Of a stretch of DNA of 64,000 nt, positions 13,131-26,879 are shown piece by piece. Location: NCBI RefSeq assembly GCF_009914755.1, contig NC_060944.1. The stretch is one strand, 5' to 3'. The DNA comes from the human T2T-CHM13v2.0 reference genome, Homo sapiens. The translations under genes were made by a program, and so were the position numbers. The notes beneath the pieces were generated by a model that worked only from the letters and a program-made list of their open reading frames with translations, had not been told where the DNA came from and ran no database searches. Within the stretch, counting starts at the first letter, position 1; every line of letters begins with the position of its first letter.

Positions 13131-13373
13131 CAGGTTGAATATCCCTTATCTGAAATGCTTAAGAGCAGAAGTATTTCAGATTTCAGATTTGGGTTGGGTG
13201 GATTTTGGAATATTTGCATTATCTGTTGACTGATTCAGCATTCTTAATCAAAAAATTCAAAATTGAAAATGCCCCAGTGAAGCATTCCTTTGAGCATCAT
13301 GTCAGTGTTCAAAACACTTTGGATTTTAAAGCATTTTAGATTTCAGATTTTCAGATTAGGTATACTCAACCTG
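13131..13373 (+). mobile_element. Tigger4a/MER46A-type non-autonomous DNA transposon
   Basis: TIRs caggttgaatatccctta...taggtatactcaacctg, internal tttcagattt repeats, TA at the right flank. Confidence 0.88.
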
Positions 13374-14699
13374 TATTATCTTTGATGCAATGTTATCATT
13401 ATACTTTATGCCTTTTATCATGCTTTCTCTTAGTTCTTTGAACATAATTATAATGGCTATTTTGAAGTCTTTTTCTCTTAAATCTGATGTTTTGTCATTC
13501 TCACAGACAAATTTATGTTTTCTGCTTTTTCTGGTATATGGCTCATATTTTTCTGTTTCATTGCATGCCTCATTACTTTCTTTTGGAAGTTGGACAATTT
13601 AGATCATATGTATTGCAGCAACTGTGGGTAGTAGCCCTTCCCCAATGCTTAGCTTGTATTGTTATTTGCTTCTTTATGTTTTAGTGAGTGGCTGGATTAT
13701 TTTAGCGATGTCTGTTTACCTCCAACAGTGGTAAACCTCTGAGGTCGTTTCTCAGGGAGGTGCAGTTTTGAGTATGTCTGTAGTCACTTGGGATGACACT
13801 GATATTAGTAGTCTCTTTTCCTGATCAACTCAGATATTAAACTCCACTAATGCTAACTGATTACTCTATTGTTTGCAATGATTCCTGGGGGCATAGGTTG
13901 CTCTACATACCAATCCAATCAAGTATGGCTCCTTTGTAAGAAAAGTTTCTAATGTCCTGTGTAATATTTGTTCTAACCCAGAAGGGTTTTTCTAGATGTC
14001 TTATTCCTTGTTTCTCTCTGGCAAACCAGTTGGTTAACTGTCTTGGGTGTATTTTTATTAAATACAAGAAAGTTCCCCAAATTGTCTTTCACCACAATAT
14101 CCACTGTTCTTAAGAGTGACTTTAGGTTTAAATTTCTCCATCCTCTTTTGTAAATAAAGATAGTTCCCTTGGGAAGAGAGTAAGAGCTATGTATTTTATA
14201 GATTATTTATCTTCCCAGGAAAATTCTGAGCCAGTGCTCTGGAGCTGGCAGTAGTGGAAATGGAAATCTTCTCTCCTAGTGATATCCCCACTCTAGGAGC
14301 TGAGCACTGGGTGAAGGGGATAGCAGACTGAGGAGGTACTCCTGGCTTCTCTCTCCTAGCATGAATCTACAGCCTTATGAGCCAGATAAAGGGCAATTTG
14401 GGCTTCTGAGTTCTCAGCATACTGTACCTGTGGTAGAGCCTCTTTTCTTTAAGTGGGGCCTGGGCAGATAAGGGGAACCTCCACCTCTTGCCATTGCTTG
14501 CCTGGAAATTAGCCTCAACAACAAGTAGCTGAGAATAGGATGAGAAATGCTGAAGTCCTAATCATTTTGGGAAATAGGAAGCTCTGTGTTCTTGGCTGCA
14601 GCATTTTGGAGAAGGGTCTCTGCCTTGTTAAATTGAGAGGGGAGGAAAGAGGGCAAGGTATTGGTTCATATACCACATGGCCTCACCTTTGTTACTGAA

Positions 14700-15009
<310 letters not shown>

Positions 15010-15655
15010 TGAATTTTTATAGGTTTTCTTCAACAGATGTTTATTCATTTACTATTTGCCTTTAGGGTTATTTCCAAAAGGTTGTTTTAAAATATTTTTT
15101 ATTAATTTCCCTGGGGAGTAAATCAGCAGACCTACTCATGCTGTCATGCTAGGCATCAGTTTTCCCTTGCCTTCATTTTTGAAAGATAGTTTAGTTTTGC
15201 TGAATATAGGATTTTTGGTTGACAGATTTTTTTCTTCTGGTTCTTTCAGTACATTGTCCCACAGCATTTTTTCTTCCTCATTTCTCATGAGAAGTCATTT
15301 TTTAAGCCCACTCAGGTTCCATTGTACGTGACTAAAGACAAGTTTTTTTCTCTCCTGTTGTTTTCAAGATTTTCTCTTTGTCTTTGTCCTGAAACATTTT
15401 GACTGTAATATATCTATGTTTGGATCTCTTTGTGTTTATCCTACTTGAAGTTTAGATTTGGTGGTGAGCAATTAAAAAAGGTTATTAACTCAGTGAAAAT
15501 AATGACAACAAACAAAATAGATGACTACCCAGGAGTTTAACAGAAAGAACCAAAGAAAAATATTTTAAAATAAAAAATAAAAGCCTAGTAAGACTACATT
15601 CAGCCCTGGGAATCTGAAGGCTATGTACATGTGCCAGACTGCACTCACCCAGGAG

Positions 15656-16461
15656 TGAAATGGGACAGTTCCCTGGTTCCCCTCACAGGACTTTGAGACA
15701 GGGGTGTTGCCTGCTTGGTAACCCCAGAGCTCAAACCCCTAAGGGGACCATGCAGACAGGCAGGTGTAGAGGCTGGTGTGAGCACTTTTGGGCTCTGGCC
15801 CCATGGCAGCATTTAGCGGTGGGGGTCTGCTACTCTGGAAGCCCAAGTGGGCATGTGTTACAGTGTGCTCTTTCAGCTTTGCTGTCTGCAGATGGCTTGT
15901 GTTAATCAACTCAATAGAACCTCTGCCTTATCTCAAGGGCAGGGGGTCAGTTTGACAGCCTTCTACATCCCAAGTCCTTGCCCAGTGTACCAGAAGAATC
16001 GGACCACACATGGGCTTGAAGGATGAGTGCAAGATTTTATTAAATGGTGGAGGCGGCTCTCAGTGAGATGGATGGGGAGCCAGAAATGGGGAATGGAGTG
16101 GAAGGTGGTCTTCCCCTAGAATCAGGCTGCCCAGCAGCCAGACACTTCTCTGACTGCTCCTGGCTGAACTCCCCTTGGTGCCAGACATCCTTCCTCTTCT
16201 CTCTTTTTCTGCTGTGTTGTTTCACTGTAGCTGGTCTGCTGGTCCTGATGTTCAGCCACTTGTTTGTGTGCCTGCTGAGGTCTCAGGTTTATATGGGGGC
16301 AGGATGGAGGGGGCATGGCAGGCCAAAAGGCAACTTTTTGGGTGCAAAACCAGAAATTCCTGTCTTTATTTGGGGCTGCAGATTTTCAGGCTTGAGGGTG
16401 GGGTCTTTGCTGGGGATCCACCCTCTTCTACCCAATGTTTCCCTGTCTTCTGTCTGTATTA
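15656..16461 (-). mobile_element. Solo ERV1 LTR (MER52/LTR27/LTR28 group)
   Basis: Minus strand starts taatacagacagaagacagggaaacattgggtagaagagggtg and carries AATAAA; 4-bp TSD ggag at 15652-15655 and 16462-16465. Confidence 0.82.
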
Positions 16462-17409
16462 GGAGCAACCAGATTCAGCACTAGAAAGCTGCCATTCTCT
16501 GGCTAAATGTGGAGTGGACTTGAAAGCATTCCCCGAACTATACACAGATTTATCAACAAAGGGCCGAGGACTTACAAACTTAAAGGGCAACTCTGACCAA
16601 TAAGTATCTCAAGTCTTGGTTGTGTAGATTAATGTTTTTCACCATACATTAGACATTTTCCATCATTACTTCCTCAAACATACTTTCTATCTTATCTTGC
16701 TCCTCCCTCTCCTTCTGATACTCCCATTATGTGTCTGTTGGTATGCTTAATGATTTTCATAGCTCTCTGAAGAGTTTTGCATTTTTCATCATTCTCTCAT
16801 TCTGTTATTCAGATTGTAAATCTCTAATCATCTGTCTTCAAGTTTGCTGATTCCCTTTTTTGCCAGTTGAAATGTACTGTTGAGCACCTCTAGTAAACTT
16901 TTCATATCAGATATTGTGTTTCTCAATTCCAGGATTCCTATTTGTTTTGGAAGTAGTTTCTATTCTCTACTGGTATTCTCTATTTGATAAATCATTGCAT
17001 CAAACCGCCATTAATCCTCTAAAAATAGCTTCTAAACAAACCTTTGATCTTATTTATAATAGCTGCTTTAAAATTTTTGTTTGCCACATCCAATATCTGG
17101 ATTCTCTGAAGGGCGGCTTTTATTACTCACTTATTTTTTTTCTGTATACTGATCACACTGTCTTGCGTCTTTAGCATGTCTCATTTGTTGTTGTTTTTGT
17201 TGTTGAAAACTGGACATTTTAGATAATACATTGTGGCAACTCTGGATCTTAATTAATTAGTGCCTCCTTCTATCAGAGGCATGTTGATGTTGGTGGGTTT
17301 TGTTAGTTTATTTGTATAGTGGTTTGCCTGAACTAAATTTGTAAATTCTACTTCCTCCAAAGGGTTGCCTCTGATGTCACTGCTCAATCTTTTCTTCTTT
17401 GTTTTTATT

Positions 17410-17818
17410 AATTATTTATTTATTTATTTTGAGATATTTTCTTTTTTTTATTATACTTTAAGTTCTAGGGTACAGGTGCACAAAGTGCAGGTGTGTTACA
17501 TATGTATACATGTGCCATGTTGCTGTGCTGCACCCATTAACTCGTCATTTACATTAGGTATTCCTCCTAATGCTATCCCCTCCCCCACCCCCACTGCATG
17601 ACAAACCCCGGTGTGTGATGTTCCCCTTCCTGTGTCCAAGTGTTCTCATTGTTCAATTCCCAGCTGTGAGTGAGAACATGTGGTGTTTGGTTTTTTGTCC
17701 TTGCGATAGTTTGCTGAGAATGATGGCTTTCAGCTTCACCCATGTCCCTACAAAGGACATGAACTCATCGTTTTTTATGGCTGCATAGTTTTCCATGGTG
17801 TGCATGTGCCACATTTTG
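17410..17818 (-). mobile_element. Short 5'-truncated L1PA5-like 3' end
   Basis: Antisense L1 3'UTR (ttatactttaagttctagggtac...gtgccacatttt); candidate TSD tttgtttttatt at 17398-17409 and 17819-17830. Confidence 0.9.
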
Positions 17819-19859
17819 TTTGTTTTTATTTTTTAAGCTTGCCTCCTGGAAGCCACCATTTGCCCAGCATAGTTTAGTGTTCATTCAAATATTGGTCAGA
17901 ATTAGTGCCCTTTAAGTTTGTACAACTTTGGCCCTTTGTTGATGAATATGTGTATAGTTTCAAGTTCACCCCACATTTTAACATAGGCTAGTAGCTTTCA
18001 AGTGCTCCATCTGGCTCCTCCTGGGTGAGTGCAGCCTAGCGCATATACTCAGCTTTCAGAACCCCAGGGCTCAATACAGTCTTAGCAGTCTTTTTATTTC
18101 TTTTTTAAATTTTTTTTTCCTACTCTGTTTCTTTCTGTTAAACTTCTGGCTGGTCAGCTATTTTCTTAGAACTCTATTGATGAGTTTTTAGACTTTTCTT
18201 AATTGCTCACCGCTAAGATCTCTATTATTTTCCACAATGCCTTGAGGCCTGAGTTTCTCCAGATAATATCAGCCCTTCCGTCAGATCTGTAGAGCTTCCA
18301 GTGTTCCCATCTTGCCCCTCCCTCTGGGAAGAATCTCTAGCGCTCTACTGTACCAGAACTGGAGGTGGAGATGGTGGTCTTCTTCCAGATTTATACCTTT
18401 ACCTTATAAGTGGGAGCTGGGAGTAAGTATAGTAGCTTGTGGTATTCTCAGCTTGCCCCTCTCTGAGGGGAGCCTATAACATACAAGTAGAAACCGTGGA
18501 CAGGCAGTAATCAGGGCCTGGTATTCTTGGCCTAAAAAGCCTTAGATAGACCCTCCACCAAATAAGTGGAAGTGGGTGGGGGAAATGAGGCCCAGTTCTT
18601 GACCGCACCTCCCAGAACAGAGAGGAAAAGAGGCGCCAGCAGCTTGCCCCTCTTGGGGTGAAGCCATAGCCTTATGACTGTGTCCTGGGAGTAAAAGGAT
18701 CTGCCATCCTCTCGGCCACACTGTTCTTTCCAAGGTTTTATAGATTTTATTGAATAAATGCTTCTCAATTTGCTGTATGCCCTTAGGTCCATTTCCAAAG
18801 ACTTCAAATGGTTGTGTTTTATAATAATCGACACTTGATCATTGTTTCACTGGGGAGAGAAGTTGCTGAATTCCTTATAGTTGATCCAGAAGTCCTAATT
18901 GCATCCTTGTTTTTTTCCTATAATAATGTGTCTCAAGTTCATTTTGTACAATTCCTTTCCAGTCTTGCATTCATTTTCCAAAGGAGAACTTGTTCCTTTC
19001 AATGGGAAATGATATTTAAAGATCACAGCTTGGGTGACATTATTTCTAGTTCTTTTCACTATAAAGTAAAATGCTTTTTTCACTTTACATTTTCACCGCT
19101 AGGAAATGATTTTTTAAAAAAGATAAAATACATCATGAGGTCATACTGGAAAACCTTATTCCCACAAACGCCAACATAACAACTTGTTTTATCCTACAAA
19201 ACACACACAGCACCATTGTTACTACATATAATAAGATAATGGAAAAACCTATATACAAATGAAAAAGAGCCTTAAACGTTGTTTTACAGTTCTTCTTGTC
19301 CTTAGGACATGTCCAAGTAGTAATGTACAGTCAAATAATGTATCTCAAAGTAGCTAGAAATAGTTCCTCTGAGTGTGTTTACACCACAAACTACATACAT
19401 AGTTGCTTTTTATTTTTATTTTTAGAAATTATTTTATGTATTTGTTTATTCAAATTATATACAAATATTTACATGCTTTCAAAATTAAGCATGCAAAATA
19501 AGATGTATTTTAAAAAGTTTAATGTCTATTTCTGTCTTCTCTATCTTAGTCTCTCTTTCTGCCATAAGTCAACATTTAAAATATTTTAATTTTACTTTTC
19601 TAATACATTTTAAAAAGAAAATTTACAGAAGCTTGTATTCATATCACTTTCCTTTCCTGAACAGTGCTAGAGTACAATACATTTTTTCCTACACTTTGCT
19701 TGTTTCTTTTTTAACAATTTAACTTAGAAAACATTCTGCAGTAATATATTAAAATATCTCTATTTTTTGTTTATTTGCTAGTATTTTATTCGGGATTTTT
19801 GCTTCCATGTTGATGGAGGATCTTCAAAATAACTGACCTGTGCGTTTGTTTGTATTTAG

Positions 19860-19890
19860 AGTATGGTGTCTTTGGTCCACAGCTAGTGGG
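19860..19890 (+). other. Candidate small alternative exon
   Basis: Branch-like aactgac, acceptor gtttgtttgtatttag|, donor GGG|gtatga. One frame (YGVFGPQLVG) is phase-compatible with the exon at 23856. Confidence 0.3.
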
Positions 19891-20587
19891 GTATGAACTC
19901 TAGTTTCTGGGATCCTGCTTCGGCCTTGCAGCTTCACATTGATCTCTTTCATGTGTTGAATATTGTGTAATATTCCAGTCAAAGAAGATCCTGAAGATGT
20001 TTAAAAATCACTGCTTCAGAGTGACTCAGTTGAATGAATATATTTTTCCTTGCTAAAGGAAAACATTGTAATTTAAGAATTTCTTTTGAAATTTTTATTT
20101 TCCTCTGCCAGTTAATTCAGTGTTATTTTATTTTACCAGTTGGGATCAATAAATCTTTGTTACAGTCATCAACCATCACTATGATAAATTTTGAATTTCA
20201 TGAGCTACTCACTCAATATTTTTAAAATTATTTCAAAATTGGACACTTAAGTTCATCTATAAGCTGGGTATAGGAAACAGTTAAGAATGTGTAGGTATCA
20301 GTGCAAACTGTGTCTTCCTGTACCTAGAAAATCCCCTGAATCTTTCTCCCATTCCAAGGACAGAATTTCTTTTTCCTACTTTGCACTTTTTCCTTCTCTT
20401 TAATTCCATTAAAATGAAGTTGCAATCTCTAGATGGCAGATATTTCTTAAGCACAAAAACTGCATAAATTTCAAATAATTTAATTCATTTTTCCATTAGT
20501 CAAATACACTTTAAAAACTTAAAGTGTATTTGAAAAATTTAAAGTGTATTTAGATTAATGCTTTTATCTATATAAAAGTAAACATGA

Positions 20588-20908
<321 letters not shown>

Positions 20909-23039
20909 CTATGCACTTGAGAAGTTTCTCATGCTATGGAAATTTGTTGCCCCAGAATTTAACTAAAAACAACTGAGAGACTCAATATATTGACTTTTCA
21001 AAGGAAAATTTTTTAAAAATTAGATGGATGTGGCTGAGACCGAACCTCTAGCAGAAGTGAGAATTGATATGGGTTGTTTGGTTAGGTTTGTGTGAGACTG
21101 CTAATTATTACAATGAGAGTCCATTAAAAAGTGTTCTGACAAAAAAAAAAAAAAAAAGTGTTTCTGGCAGCCTTAGTTTGTTCTACAACACTAGGCATTT
21201 TCTTTCTTTCTTTTTTTTTTTGAAGTGTGTACTTCCATTTAATTCTACTTCCTCTGGAAATGAGTTATCCATCACTTCTCTCTGTTTCCTTTTCTTTTAT
21301 GTGTAAGACATCTCTGAGTAATGTGGAGTTCTTGTACCCTCTAAAGTGAAGATGCCTTTTGTCATTGGACCTTTCAGCTGCAGAGCAGGTTGTGTGAGGG
21401 GAGAGGTCATTGGCTCTGTTACTTATGTTAAAGACAGAAAAATTAGGGAACAAACAGCTGTAGTCATTTTCCCAGTATATCTCCTTGGGTTTTCAAGCTT
21501 TATCTGGTGTGGAGGGAAGGGTGTTTGCGAAGCAGTGTAGAGACGCTACATAAGGGTGAAGCTATCCCAGGATGGAATCATAGCTGTGGGTCACTTTTTC
21601 ACATCAGAGGCTCCACTGGTAGATGTTGGCCCTTGGTCTTGGACTTTCATGGCTCTTAAGAATTTCATTTATCTTTGAAAGACCAGATATCATGTTTCTT
21701 TTTGAATCACTTTTATTTCTTCTCATCCTAGGGTTGTTTCAATGTAAAATAAACGAGAAAGACTCTTTGCTTTGTATCTGATTGCAGTTGATTTTATTGT
21801 GAGATCTTTAAACCCATCTGCCAATACTGATCATCTCCTCTGCTGGCTGAAGATGATAAACTCTGAAACATCTTCAGAGTCTGCATAAGGACAGGAAATG
21901 TGTGTTACTGGCCCCAGGAGGTCAACTTCCCCATCCTCTACATTTTTTCTAACTCTGGCTTTAGTTTTCAACAAACCTTAGCTGGTAGCCAAGAAAAATA
22001 CTTTTAAAAACGCCCCTTCAAAACTGAAAGAGACAAGAGTCATAAATTTAAAAATAATTATAATGAAGCAGGAAGCTTGGCTTTCTATGCCCATCTTCCC
22101 CGTCCTTTCTATGAAAGACTTTGTGGGAAGGAGTCTGCTCATTTCCTTGATGCTCTGAACACATGAAACCCCTGTGCTGCTCTTCCCCTCCACCAGAGGG
22201 ATGTTCCTGGACATTGGGCATGTGGCATTTTTCAGGGGAGGAAAAAAAATCCTGGTTTTGACTTAAGACCTCTCACTCAAATCTGAGAGGAAAATCTGTA
22301 CATAAGTCTTGGTTCCCCAAAGGAGAGAAAATGAGAAAGCACTTCCTATCCATTAAAATATCCAAAACATTGCCGAGGGAAAGTTAAGCCAGTCCAGATG
22401 CTAAGCATGTTAAGTCTAAAGAAGCTCAGAAACCCTGTATGCTGCCAAAAAACAGTTAGGGTCATACTTCATCTAGACCATTTCCTTGAGGAAGCTCATG
22501 GCTTTCCAGTTGGTTCCGTGAGTAGGTAACACACTTACCTGTAGAGATCAAAAGCTAAACGTAGGCCCAGAGAGAGTGATCTTTTCTCATGTTTCTGCTT
22601 CACACATGCATACTCTGGAAATGATATGAGTGAGGGTCGATGGGCTCCAGAGGCCTCCTCCAGAAGGAACAGGATTACAGTCCGAGGAAACAGCTCACCA
22701 TCCTGCTTCACAGAGGCTTTTCAGAGTTCTGCATGCTGCCCTTGAAGACAGTGCCATGAGGAGAAAAAGCTGCTGAAGCTATAAATCAGTGCAAATCATG
22801 TTTGCTATTTTAGTAAATGAAAGTTTTAAAATATAAACATATGTATGAATAATAACAGAGGCACTTCTTGAGTCCATTAGTATAATATATGAATTAGATA
22901 TTTAAAAGTTGGCCAGTATGGTTGAGAAAGTACCATAATACTTTTTTTGTTTTTATTATATTTTAGTTATGCAACTGTACTGCAAGTCCTATGATCATGC
23001 AGCAAGAAAGAAAAGGAACTGAAACATGCTGTAGATGTG

Positions 23040-23451
23040 TGCTATGGTTTGGATATTTTTTGTTTGTCCCCACCAAAGCTCATGTTGAAACTTAATCCCC
23101 AGTGTGGTGGCATTGCGAGCTGGGGCCAGGTGAGAGGAGTTTCAGTCATGGATGTGGTCACTCATGAAGACATTAATGCCCTCACTCAGGGGCGAGTGAC
23201 CAAAGACAAAGAATCTGGCTTCATTTGTTTCTCTCTCTTGCTTCCTCCCACAGCGTGTGATCTCTTTGCACATGCTCACCCCCACTTAAACTTTCCGTCA
23301 TTAGTGAAAACATCATGAGGCCATTACCAGATGCAGCTGCCTAATCTTGGACTTTTCAGCCACCAGAACCATGAGCCAAATATACCTCTTTTCTTTATAT
23401 ATTACCCAGCTTCAGGTATTCTGTTGTAGCAATACAAAATAGACTGAAACA
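23040..23451 (+). mobile_element. MaLR solo LTR (MST family)
   Basis: tgctatggtttggat...tacccagcttcaggtattctgttgtagcaatacaaaatagactgaaaca; 5-bp TSD atgtg/gtgtg. Confidence 0.88.
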
Positions 23452-23855
23452 GTGTGTGAATGTGGAAAAGTCTGGGAATGTGCAAGTAGGCAGTAAGATG
23501 CTGTCTAACCAAAGCCTGAACTGAAAGGGCAGTGATGGGTATTTCTGTTTTCCCAAAGATTTTTCATATCATAGTGTAATTATATCAACAAGCACCCAAA
23601 GTTTTCAGAAGTTTCACAATATGCCTACATTAAGGCATACCAGATTATATAGATTCATTTTTAACAATAAATAACCCCTTAAATAATATTATTTTCCTGA
23701 ATCTAATAGAGCAGGTTGTTGATAGAAACCTTAATTTTTAGTTTTATTTTAAGATGAATGTTCAGATTTTCCTCTTTTAAAAAAGTCGAAATTTGCATAT
23801 TCTCAGAAGAAGAATGATTTTTTTTCTTTTCTTTTCTTTTTTTTTTTAACTATAG

Positions 23856-23947
23856 AGTAATGTTGGAGCTAGTGAAGTCTGCATTGACAAGGTTTACTGC
23901 AGTGGCAATCTTAAAAAGATGTGGTAGAATCCATGCAACCATACAAG
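23856..23947 (+). other. Candidate internal exon (92 nt; only open frame xVMLELVKSALTRFTAVAILKRCGRIHATIQ)
   Basis: Pyrimidine tract of about 30 nt + aactatag| acceptor; AAG|gtatcc donor. Confidence 0.5.
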
Positions 23948-24296
23948 GTATCCATTTTCTTTACAGCATGCTGCATTCCTACACCTCTTAATTAATGCTT
24001 TTCATTGGAAAAACAACAATCTTGGATTCCTGCCTTCATTGAATTCTGACAGAGAGTGTGTGTGGTTATAGTGGACTGTATCAGTTCAAAGACCCAAAGA
24101 TTAGCTATTCGTTTGTGCTTGGGTTTTAAAGTGGAGTTTTCTGAGCTTTCTTTGTTCAGTATTCACTACAATTGAGTAGATTTTGGGGAAGAAATCTGTA
24201 CTGTATTTGTGTAAAATTACAAAATAACACTGGTTTATGTGTGATGTTATATGTTTTCCCCAATTTTCTTTTTATTATCCTTTGTAAAATTGCAAG

Positions 24297-24617
24297 GCAA
24301 TACAGCCTTCCAATTACAGGGACCACTGACAAACGTAAACAGCCATCAAGTACCAGTTGGCACACATCTCCTGTAGTGCATGCCATTGCCATCGCACCAC
24401 TCCTCAAAAATGCACCCACAAGCTTATTCACAATTACGGATGCCACGGGAACAGGGAAAACAGATCCCGAGGGAAGCCAATGGTGACTGAAACTACTGGC
24501 TGACCTGGGAAACATGAGCCCATGTGGCAAAAATTAGAAAAAAAGTATTCATGGTCGAATCTATTGGCCACATTGCTAAGGTCAAAAATCTAACTAACCA
24601 GGATCAGATTCAATAAA
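24297..24617 (+). other. Candidate distal terminal exon with AATAAA at 24612-24617
   Basis: Acceptor ttttctttttattatcctttgtaaaattgcaag|. In phase with the 23856 exon it reads GNTAFQLQGPLTNVNSHQVPVGTHLL* (stop 24374-24376). Another frame is open to 24486. Confidence 0.45.
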
Positions 24618-24889
24618 AATTGTCTGACTTTTATGCCAAGCCATGCAGGCCTGGAAAAATCAATTTTCTGGAACTTGTAAAGTCTTACATAGTCGAGGCA
24701 AAGTTAGCATTCCTCTCCATTCTTAGTCTCAGAGCTGGCTTAGGAGGCCTGGAGAGACCTGGGTCAGCCACAGCCTTGGCTGCCCTAAGCAGGTTGTAAT
24801 GGAAACGGGTAACCGGAAGAAAGGGTGAAAAACATGAACGTCGACCATTGTCAAACTATATGTTTCCATGCCATGAACTATCAGTGTCA

Positions 24890-25427
24890 TTTATTTATTC
24901 ATTTTCATTTATTCATCAAACATTTAGGGGACTTCAACTCTGAGCCAAAGGCTGTGCTCCAAGTTGGGAAAATCAAGATGGAAACACATGGTCCCTGTTC
25001 TCAGTGAGAACACAGTTAAGCAATCACAAGGTAGTGCCACAAAGATTCTTCAAAGGAATGTAGAGGATCCCATGAGAACATCCAAAAAAGTCGTCTAATG
25101 AATTAAAGACTGAGAGAGTAAGAGTCTGTTACCAAGGAGGTGACAGCTTAGATTAGCCTTGAGGTCTGTATAGAGACGAATAGCCTGAGAGAGGAAGAAC
25201 CTATTTGTGTAAGCATCAGGGGTAATGATGTGGAGATGTCTGTGTGTCTGTGTTTGTGTGTGGGTGTGTGTAACAGGATAGCGAGAGAGTAGACAGAGAG
25301 AGACAGAGAGACAAAGAGAGACTGAGAGAGAGAGGCAGGGAGAAACAGAATGTGTGTGTGTAAGAGAGAGAGTCAGAGAGAGGAGAGAGAGGGAGAGAGA
25401 CAGAGGCAGAGAGAGACAAAGTGTGCA

Positions 25428-25462
<35 letters not shown>

Positions 25463-26360
25463 AAGAGGGAGAGAGACAGAGACAAAGACCAAGATAAAGA
25501 CAGAGACAGAGAGAGAATGGAAAGAGAGAGCGAGAGAGAAGATGATGAACTGGAGGTGGCCCTGTGTCAGGCTGAGGAATTTGAATTAATCCTGATGGCT
25601 TTGGAAAGCCAAAGCTACCAACATTTTTGAGCAGAGGAGACACATGTTAACATTACATTTTAGAAAGAGCCTGGACGTATGTGGAAGATGAATTGGAGCA
25701 AAGCTGAAGCCAGAGACATTGTATGTTTAAAGAAGTCACTGTAGTAATCAAAGAGAGTTGAGTTGGTTGGGGGGATGTATTAAAAAGTTTATGGTGATGA
25801 AGGCATGGGAATCAGAACTGGGATGGTTGGTGTAGAGATGGAGGCATGTAGGACGATGACCTACTCTCTGCCTTTGTTGACTGAATGAAGAATGGGGTAT
25901 GCATCAGGCTAGGCACACAGAGGGAAGGGGCAGATGTAAAGGGTGAGGCAATAAAATGTGTGTGTATTGGTATTGGGGTTAAGTAGGCAACTGGGAGCAT
26001 AATTCTGGGTTAAGGATAAAGTGGGCGTCATCAGTCTGTGGGTTATGGTTATATATTTGGGGTATAATGGAGGAAAGCTGACCAAACAGAGAAATATCAA
26101 GTAAAAAGAGATTATGGCTTAGGACAAAGTCCTAGAGGGTAGTAAGGTGAGGTTAAGACAGCAGAGAAACTCAAAATCACTGAGTAGCCATCGAGAGAGG
26201 AAGGCCACCAGAGAACAATGACTTTTAATGCAAGGAAAAAAGGTTCTAAAAAAGAGGGCCAGTTTCATTTTCTGCAGAAAGGTCAGCAAGATAAAAAGTG
26301 TGGAGCAGTCTTAAGAGGGCTGGGCTTGAGGCTTGGTGACAAGCAGCCCTGTGACACACA
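24890..26360 (-). mobile_element. L2 LINE fragments
   Basis: cattttcatttattcatcaaacatttag...gtccctgttctc and downstream purine-rich L2-like sequence. Confidence 0.65.
25240..25540. repeat. Compound (TG)n/(GA)n microsatellite
   Basis: Alternating tgtgtg and gagaga/gaca tracts. Confidence 0.95.
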
Positions 26361-26879
26361 AAGTTTGTGGAGGCTGCATGCTGTGTTGTAAGCACGCAGC
26401 AGAAATGATCAGGACAGGGTGCCAGGAGATATTGCCCTGAGCCAGTTCAGAGAGTATGGCTTCTAGGATCTTCCAGTTACTCATGGGAGAGGATCTTGTT
26501 TGGATTGTGATGACAATCTGCCTGTTGAAGATAGGATTCTGCCAGGTCAAGAGTAGCCCTGAGTGGGGGATTATTAACCTTGTAAATCTCCAAACTCCAC
26601 TCCTTTTTAATGTAAAAATGGCCTTTTCATGTTACTGGAATCAGGTTCCAAGTACCATATTTTATTGTGCCACCCTCCCTTCTGTCTACACAGTCCACTG
26701 GTGGTATAAAATGGCTTGATAAGACCATGCAAAGTGGACTGGGGTTTGCTATCCTGCTGGAGATTTCTTTTAGTTCATTTTGCCACATTGAATCTAAAGA
26801 TGGGAAGAAAACCAAACCTGGAGTAAACTACTGGTCTGACATTCAGGGACTCTTTGATTCTAGCTTTGGGCTTCCTGGG

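Larger units (their letters stand above)
15160..18900 (-). mobile_element. Second old L1M 5'-region remnant, fragmented; ~15455-16610 appears to be in the opposite orientation
   Basis: Antisense ORF1-like sequence at 15160-15455 resumes near 16610; degenerate 5'UTR-like sequence runs to about 18900. Confidence 0.55.

Noticed and set aside
15660-16484. Cluster of overlapping ORFs in GC-rich sequence
   Set aside because: They lie within or just past a solo ERV1 LTR bounded by a 4-bp TSD.
24156-24530. 124-aa minus-strand ORF
   Set aside because: I recognise no homology; the splice and polyA signals favour the + strand.
25095-25643. S/L-rich and E/R-rich ORFs
   Set aside because: They are translations of the TG/GA microsatellite.
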